Origin: a virus
Lineage: Duplodnaviria > Caudoviricetes
Direction: 5' to 3' (one strand)
Virus record (IMG/VR): IMGVR_UViG_3300009095_000054
Location: 1 to 29,639 of that record
Length of the DNA: 29,639 nucleotides
The number at the start of each line of letters is the position of its first letter. Position 1 is the first letter of the stretch. The notes under the pieces were generated by a model, which was not told the origin of the DNA, searched no databases, and saw only the letters and a list, made by a program, of their open reading frames with translations. The position numbers and the translations under genes are program-made. Below are positions 23,567 to 29,639 of the stretch, one piece after another.

Positions 23567-25969
23567 ATGTCCAGTCAAATCATACCCATAGCCAACTTTC
23601 GCACAGGGTTTGACACATACGATCAGCCAGAGGAGATGGCTAATGATGCTTATCCGCTTATTTTTGACGTATTGCTTTTCCGGGGAGTTCTTACGAAAAG
23701 AGATGGATTTATCAATCTCATTCGTCCGCCTACCTTTGCAATTGATAATATCACTAATGCGCCAAATGGAGTAGTGACAACCGCTGCAAATCACGGATTT
23801 ACAACAGGGGATCAAGTATTGATATCCGGAGTAGGGGGGATGACGCAAGTCAATAATCCAGCCATTCAACCCTATACCATTACGGTTCTTACACCAACTA
23901 CATTTGAACTCAATATAGACACTTCCCTCTTTGGTATTTATACGATAGGAGGAGTGGTTTCACGTATTGCTTTTGTTGGTCCGATAGGAATTACCAATAT
24001 CACCCAAGCTCCTAACGGAGTAGTAACCACTCTCGTCAATCACAATCTCACGTCTGGACAGGCGATTTTCATTCAAAATGTCCAAGGCATGACAGAGATA
24101 AACTCTGTATTTGTACCCTATATCATCACCGTTCTTACACCTACTACCTTTCAGCTCAATGTCAATACCACTACATTTGGAGCCTATGTCGCGGGGGGAA
24201 CGATTACCGAGCCTATCCAAGGCTTAGAAGAAAGACAAACTCAAACTTTCTTCAAAGATTTGATTGCATTCACTGAATCTCAAGCTTATTTGTTTAATCC
24301 TACCCTTAATGAGTTCGTCAATATTTCGGGATCGACTGTTTGGACAGGTGATGATACGCGATTCTTTTGGTCGATGAATTTTCAAAATTCTTTTTGGGCA
24401 ACCAACAATGTTGATCCAATCCGGTATTATATATCTGGAACCACATGGACAGACTATCGACCAATTTTATTTGGCATTACCCACACTAATGAAGCGCTCG
24501 GACCAGGGATTCCAGCCTTAGCTGTCGCTTATGGTCCGTTCTCAATAGCTAATCCCCCTATCATCCCAGGCACAGTAATCGTCAATATTGCCGCAGGGAT
24601 GACTGAGCCAGCCGTGCGGCTAACGGACGATGGGAATGGGAATCTCACAAGCGTAACTGCCGGATATTCAGGAACGGTCAACTATGTGACAGGCGCAATT
24701 ACTTTAACGGTATTGGCTGATGCCAATGTCCGCTCAGTGACAGTCACTTATGACGAAGAAGGCGATCGTCTTGAAAGAGCTTTGATGATCTTTCCTTATA
24801 AAGATCGCTTCATTGCATTAGACACCACCGAAGGAGCTGGATTTGTAGAGCATCCCATCAGAGCTAGATATTCTCAGAATGGAACCGTCTACGTCTCAAC
24901 TCCTGTGCCTTCGGGCTTTACATTCAATGCACAGGCTTGGAGACAAGATGTTCCTGGACGTGGTGGATTTATTGATGCACCTACAGATGAGCGCATCATT
25001 TCCGCAGGCTTTGTGAGAGACATGCTCATTGTGCTCTTTGAGTTCTCGGCTTGGCGATTAAGATACACCTCTAACGAAGCTATTCCTTTCGTATGGGAGC
25101 GTATCAACTCTCAATTAGGAGCAGAGTCAACCTATTCAGTTGTAGGCTTTGATGAAGGAATTTTGACAGTAGGAAGAACGGGGATCATCATCACAGATAC
25201 CAACCAATCGGTTCGTATAGATCAAATCATTCCTGATCAAGTCTATCAAATCACCAATATCAACAATGCTCAACGCAGAGTGCAGGGTATTCGAGATTTT
25301 CAACGTCAGCTAGCTTACTGGACTTTTCCCGAAGGAGATGCAGAAAGATACCCTAACCGAACATTAGTTTACAACTACATAGAGAAGAATTGGACAGTTT
25401 ATCGTCAATCTTTCACAACTTTTGGGCAATTCAGAAGAGATGATTCTTTAACATGGGGTACTGCTCTTAACACCTGGCAAGATGAAGATTCTCTGTGGGG
25501 ATCAGGAGATTTAGCGGCTGGTTTTCCTGTAGTGGTAGCTGGAAATCGAATTGGGCAAGTATTTTTCATCGATCGCCGAATCAACACGGATGATGATGTA
25601 CCCTTCAATTTCTTTTTACAGACTAAAAAGTTTAATCCTTTCATCGATCAAGGAATGCAATGTAAAGCGATTTACATGTATTTGCTTTTATCAGGAACAG
25701 ACAATGGCCAGATTACCATTCAACATCTGATTGATGAAGATCCATCTGTGATTGTGGCTACCTATACGGTAAGCACAGCAACTTCTGGCCAAGATAAAGT
25801 TTGGAGAAGGGTAGAACTCTCTGCGGTTTCAGCTCAATACCAACAATTCAATTTTCTCTTCTCTGATGAGCAAATGGCTGATCCTACTATCCCTCTTAAA
25901 GACGTAGAAATTTACAAGATGCTCCTTGAGATTGCTCCAGCAGGAAGACTGAACTATGGAGTGACATGA
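23567..25969 (+). CDS. Tail nozzle / P22 gp10-like stabilization protein with FCCH-like inserts
   Basis: 800 aa. Propeller-like motifs (YKDRFI, RARYS, GAES..S, LVYNY....W), two FCCH-like repeats, and gene position. Confidence 0.75.
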   Translation: MSSQIIPIANFRTGFDTYDQPEEMANDAYPLIFDVLLFRGVLTKRDGFINLIRPPTFAIDNITNAPNGVVTTAANHGFTTGDQVLISGVGGMTQVNNPAIQPYTITVLTPTTFELNIDTSLFGIYTIGGVVSRIAFVGPIGITNITQAPNGVVTTLVNHNLTSGQAIFIQNVQGMTEINSVFVPYIITVLTPTTFQLNVNTTTFGAYVAGGTITEPIQGLEERQTQTFFKDLIAFTESQAYLFNPTLNEFVNISGSTVWTGDDTRFFWSMNFQNSFWATNNVDPIRYYISGTTWTDYRPILFGITHTNEALGPGIPALAVAYGPFSIANPPIIPGTVIVNIAAGMTEPAVRLTDDGNGNLTSVTAGYSGTVNYVTGAITLTVLADANVRSVTVTYDEEGDRLERALMIFPYKDRFIALDTTEGAGFVEHPIRARYSQNGTVYVSTPVPSGFTFNAQAWRQDVPGRGGFIDAPTDERIISAGFVRDMLIVLFEFSAWRLRYTSNEAIPFVWERINSQLGAESTYSVVGFDEGILTVGRTGIIITDTNQSVRIDQIIPDQVYQITNINNAQRRVQGIRDFQRQLAYWTFPEGDAERYPNRTLVYNYIEKNWTVYRQSFTTFGQFRRDDSLTWGTALNTWQDEDSLWGSGDLAAGFPVVVAGNRIGQVFFIDRRINTDDDVPFNFFLQTKKFNPFIDQGMQCKAIYMYLLLSGTDNGQITIQHLIDEDPSVIVATYTVSTATSGQDKVWRRVELSAVSAQYQQFNFLFSDEQMADPTIPLKDVEIYKMLLEIAPAGRLNYGVT
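23741..24206 (+). repeat. Internal tandem domain duplication (two units of about 72 aa)
   Basis: ITNAPNGVVTT..NH...G.....V.GMT..N...PY.ITVLTPTTF.LN..T..FG.Y..GG occurs twice and is visible at the DNA level. Confidence 0.85.
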
Positions 25970-26436
25970 GTTCAGGAACCAATAATAGAACCAAGATTGC
26001 TTTTCTTCCTCCAGAGTTTGATCTTCCTTGGGATCAACCTGAACTTTTAGCTGAGGTGATGAACGAAAGAGAAAGGCAGACAGGAACCATCGTTAATCAA
26101 AAGACCAATGGAGTCTATGCTTTTGAAGAGGTGGTTAACTCGGAGACATGGGTTTTTCAGCCTAATACACCCAGTAATGGATTCCGCAGAATGTATCAGG
26201 TTCCTGCTTTAACGGCAGGAGGATCGGTTTCTATACCCCATGAACTTGGAAATTTATCAACTTTTACTTTTACAAATATTTACGGAGTGGTCCATAACGC
26301 CGACAATACTAGCTTTCGTCCGCTTGATCCCGAAGATATAGAAGTCACCTCTTCAGATATTATTATTACTTTACCAGGTGGTTCAGCATATGACGGTTAT
26401 AGTGGTCAGATTGTTTTAGAATATGTTAAGTCGTAA
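25966..26436 (+). CDS. Putative tail-associated protein
   Basis: ATGA coupling. FR..Y, IPH.L, FT.IYG and VLEY motifs. Confidence 0.65.
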   Translation: MSSGTNNRTKIAFLPPEFDLPWDQPELLAEVMNERERQTGTIVNQKTNGVYAFEEVVNSETWVFQPNTPSNGFRRMYQVPALTAGGSVSIPHELGNLSTFTFTNIYGVVHNADNTSFRPLDPEDIEVTSSDIIITLPGGSAYDGYSGQIVLEYVKS

Positions 26437-26489
26437 AGCGCTTTACATCTCCGCATAATTATGTAAAAATAATTTGAAAAGAGGCAAAT

Positions 26490-27005
26490 ATGTCATTCTT
26501 CACTGGTACGAAAGGTTCCACTAAACAACTTCCTACTTATACTCCTGGGCAAAACCAATTCCTTCAACAATTCTTAGAAATGTTTGGACAAGGGGGAGCT
26601 GGGGGTGGTTTTGGAGAAGCGATGAATTATCTTAGGGGAATCCTCTCGGGATCTCCAGAAAGCTATCAGGCTTTAGAAGCTCCTATTCAAAGACAATTTG
26701 CGGAGAAGACGTTGCCTCAATTGCAAGAGCGCTTAACAGCCGCAGGTGCGGGGGGTGGCAGAAGCTCTGGAGCAGCTCAAGTGCTTGGGCAAGCAGGCAC
26801 TGATCTGAATGAACGTTTAGCCTCAATGCGAGCTGGGCTTCAACAGAATGCCATTCAGCAACTTTTAGGCACTTATCTTGGAGGAGCACAGATCGGGCTA
26901 GGAGCGCGTCCATTTGAGAATATGTATATCCCTGGCCAGAAAGGAATGTTCCAGCAAGGAGCCGAAACTCTTGGTCAGATACTGCCTTTCTTATTCATGT
27001 TATAG
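26490..27005 (+). CDS. Putative DNA ejection/pilot protein (P22 gp7-like)
   Basis: G/Q/A-rich, G..RSSG motif, hydrophobic C-terminus, and gene position. Confidence 0.6.
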   Translation: MSFFTGTKGSTKQLPTYTPGQNQFLQQFLEMFGQGGAGGGFGEAMNYLRGILSGSPESYQALEAPIQRQFAEKTLPQLQERLTAAGAGGGRSSGAAQVLGQAGTDLNERLASMRAGLQQNAIQQLLGTYLGGAQIGLGARPFENMYIPGQKGMFQQGAETLGQILPFLFML

Positions 27006-27011
27006 GAGACT

Positions 27012-28184
27012 ATGGTAACAATTGCACCTCCAGATCCAGCCAATGCAGGAGTCAGCTTCCTACAGGGAGTACAACAGACTTTGCCTCAGCAATTGGGTAG
27101 CTTTTTAGAAAGGCGCAGAGAGACAAAAGAAAGTGATGAACTCCAAAGACAGCTCAGCGCTCTCGATCCCAATGCCTCTTTGACGGATCGTTTAAAAACT
27201 GTATTAGGCTCTAAAGCTTCTGATGCGACCAAGCAGAAATTCTTCGAAATGATTAAGATTCAAGGTGCACAAGATTTTGCCAAGAAACTCAGCGAAAAAG
27301 GAGAAGCTCCCTCTCTTTCTGACATTTTAGAAGGAGACATTTCGGGCTATCTTTCTCCTGGAGTAGCTCAAGAAATGGTACGATCTTTAGGCAATTTACC
27401 TAAGAAAGAACAAACCAATAGAATAGCTAGTCTTTTTGGAATTCCAGAAGAGACTCTTTCTGGCATTGATCCTAAAGATGCATTCAAATTTGGTTTAGAT
27501 AATGAAGAGAGGAACCTAAAGCTCGATACCGACATCGTTTCTCAAGGGGAAAGAGCCGCTCAAGAAGCTGTAAATATTGGGCGTTTAGGGGAACTGATTC
27601 AGCAGGGAGCTTTTGATCCAGGTTCTTGGGGGAACGTTTCTAATGCTTTGGAAGAAGGAGGATATACTTTAGGAGCGCGTTTCGCTCGAGCATTCGAGTC
27701 TCCTGAATCAGCCGAAGCCAACTCATTAATTAAAGAATTCTTTACTGGATTGAAAGATATTGTTCCTGCAAAAGGAATGACGCTTTACATTGAAAAATTA
27801 TTTAGAACAATGCTTCCGATTATGGGTAGATCTCCTGAAGCTAACATGGCAGCTTTAGGAGTAATATCTAAGATCAATGCTGCTAAACAAATTCCTCTTG
27901 AGGTAAGGGAAGAAATTCTCAGAGAGAACAATGGAAGGCTTCCTTGGAACTTTACGCAAGAATATCGAAATCGATTGGCTCGTAGAAGCGTTGAAAGACT
28001 TCATGATATTGAATCCGACGCTCAAAAAGTCATTGATCAATATGGAGCTTCTAATGCTGATAATCGCAATAGCTTTTCTGCTTTGCCGGATGCTGCTCAG
28101 TTTAAGGGAAAAACCATGACTAACCAAGAGACGGGAGAGAAGGTTTATAGCGATGGAAAGACATGGAAAAGAGTTAGAAAATGA
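27012..28184 (+). CDS. Putative internal virion/ejection protein
   Basis: Helical, with C-terminal TGEKVYSDGKTW motif. AGGAG RBS. Confidence 0.6.
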   Translation: MVTIAPPDPANAGVSFLQGVQQTLPQQLGSFLERRRETKESDELQRQLSALDPNASLTDRLKTVLGSKASDATKQKFFEMIKIQGAQDFAKKLSEKGEAPSLSDILEGDISGYLSPGVAQEMVRSLGNLPKKEQTNRIASLFGIPEETLSGIDPKDAFKFGLDNEERNLKLDTDIVSQGERAAQEAVNIGRLGELIQQGAFDPGSWGNVSNALEEGGYTLGARFARAFESPESAEANSLIKEFFTGLKDIVPAKGMTLYIEKLFRTMLPIMGRSPEANMAALGVISKINAAKQIPLEVREEILRENNGRLPWNFTQEYRNRLARRSVERLHDIESDAQKVIDQYGASNADNRNSFSALPDAAQFKGKTMTNQETGEKVYSDGKTWKRVRK

Positions 28185-29639
28185 ATTGGGTATTAGATGA
28201 ACCTGTCACAGAAAAACCAGTTTCTCCTCAAGCTAAAGGCTCTTGGGTGGTTGACTCTTCACCAAGAAAACCAACTAAAACGGAAGTGGCTAAAGATATT
28301 GGTAAACAGGCGGCGGTTAAAGGAACCACTGGCGCAGTGGGCTCCTATGGCAACCTTCTCGATCTTATTAGAGCCCAAACCAAACAACGGATGCTTCCTG
28401 GTCAAGAAGCACTCACTCAAGCAGAATTTAATGCACCGGAAGAACTTTTACCCTTCCTTCAAGATGAAGATATTCTTCCGAGATACTCCCGTTTAGCTTC
28501 TTCTCGAGAAGTTGAACAATTAGCGCAGATGCTCAATATACCGACAGAGGGAGAAACAGCTCCTGGTCGCCTCGTGGGAAGAGCCTCGGAATTTGTAGGA
28601 GGAGCTTTGCCAACTGGGATTACTGGTAAGCTCGCTGCTCTTCTTGGCTTGGCAGGGGCAGCTGGACAATCCGTTCGAGAGGCTGGTGGTCCAGAAGGAT
28701 TAGCTACAGGCATTGAAGTCGCACCAGCCGCGCTTTCTCTGGCAAGTCTGGCTAAAGGAGCAATCGTTCCTAAAAAAACTCCTGTGACTAAACCTTCTGG
28801 CTTGCCCGAAAGAAAATTTGAGAGTCTAAAGAAAGCGACAAAAGTTTCTCCTGAAACCCATAAAAGAGCTATTGAGGGGATTGAAAAAGATTTCCGTGAG
28901 CTGACAGATAAAATCTTAAAAAAATCCAATAAAACATACACAGCTTTACAAGAAGATCCTGAATTTAAAGCAAAAATCTCTGGGCTTTTTCGTAAGGTAG
29001 AACAGTCTGCTGAAGAATTTACTGAGCCTGTTTTTGCTAGAAAGATGAGTGAAAGCTTAGCCCAAGATATTGAAAAGGTAGGGAAAAAAGGCATTACTAT
29101 GTCTGATGCCGAAAAATTAGAGAAAAGATTGCTGAGACGTTATCAGAAAAATTCAACTAAGAAAGTCACAGCCACTCAGCTTGTAGAGCAATATCGTAAA
29201 AACAATGAAGAACTCTCAAAGATTTTTCCTTATGGAGAAAAAGCTTTTGAGAATATCGGTAGAAGAAATGCTCTAGAAGCATATAATAGAGCTATCGCTT
29301 CGGCGATAGAAGATAATTTTAAAAATTCTGAATTTGCTGAACTCTTTAAATTCACCAATAAACGTTGGAGCGACATTAAAAAGATCGAGACAGTAGATAA
29401 ATATCTCGATGCTTTGCTTAAAGGAGATAAAATCAACTTCCGTCAAGCAGAGAAGATGTTAGCTGATCCTAAGAAAGGAGAGAGATTAAAGAATGCTTTA
29501 GGTAAGGAAGCTTATGAAGACTTTAGACAGCTCAATACCGATCTTCTCTCTCAAGAAAATGCCTTAAAACTTATGAAGTCAAAAGGAATGAATCTTGATG
29601 ATCTTCCTAAAGCTGCGGCTGCTTACATTTTAAAGCCTG
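28181..29639 (+). CDS. Large putative ejection protein (3' truncated by the window edge)
   Basis: MNWVLDEPV... with ATGA overlap. Translated by hand at both ends in a consistent frame with no stop seen. G/A-rich hydrophobic segment then helical. Absent from the ORF track, as expected for an ORF with no stop in the window. Confidence 0.75.
   Translation, partial: MNWVLDEPVTEKPVSPQAKGSWVVDSSPRKPTKTEVAKDIGKQAAVKGTTGAVGSYGNLLDLIRAQTKQRMLPGQEALTQAEFNAPEELLPFLQDEDILPRYSRLASSREVEQLAQMLNIPTEGETAPGRLVGRASEFVGGALPTGITGKLAALLGLAGAAGQSVREAGGPEGLATGIEVAPAALSLASLAKGAIVPKKTPVTKPSGLPERKFESLKKATKVSPETHKRAIEGIEKDFRELTDKILKKSNKTYTALQEDPEFKAKISGLFRKVEQSAEEFTEPVFARKMSESLAQDIEKVGKKGITMSDAEKLEKRLLRRYQKNSTKKVTATQLVEQYRKNNEELSKIFPYGEKAFENIGRRNALEAYNRAIASAIEDNFKNSEFAELFKFTNKRWSDIKKIETVDKYLDALLKGDKINFRQAEKMLADPKKGERLKNALGKEAYEDFRQLNTDLLSQENALKLMKSKGMNLDDLPKAAAAYILKP

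Noticed and set aside
28459-29094. 211-aa minus-strand ORF
   Set aside because: Antisense shadow of the large + strand gene starting at 28181.

Overview
The window is part of a tailed dsDNA (podovirus-like) phage or prophage genome, with most genes on the + strand. The order is: replication initiator, small early genes (SpoVG/SSB-like, PD-(D/E)xK nuclease, YkgJ), five tRNA genes in two clusters, RusA, small and large terminase, an inserted pair (DUF2829/Tad2-like and a YhhQ queuosine-precursor transporter with an in-frame TAG), P22-like portal, and K/R-rich small proteins. A minus-strand cassette follows, carrying three tandem Y-RNA-like (YrlA-type) ncRNAs, a Ro60/TROVE protein and small exported proteins. 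The window ends with scaffold, N4-gp56-type major capsid, FCCH-domain virion proteins, tail adaptor/nozzle and probable ejection proteins, the last running off the end. The most notable element is the Ro60 + Y-RNA array: two of the RNAs are circularly permuted tRNA cloverleaves that keep an anticodon arm (GCA and GAU). I saw no integrase, lysin or CRISPR array. All family calls come from motif recognition by eye, not database searches.
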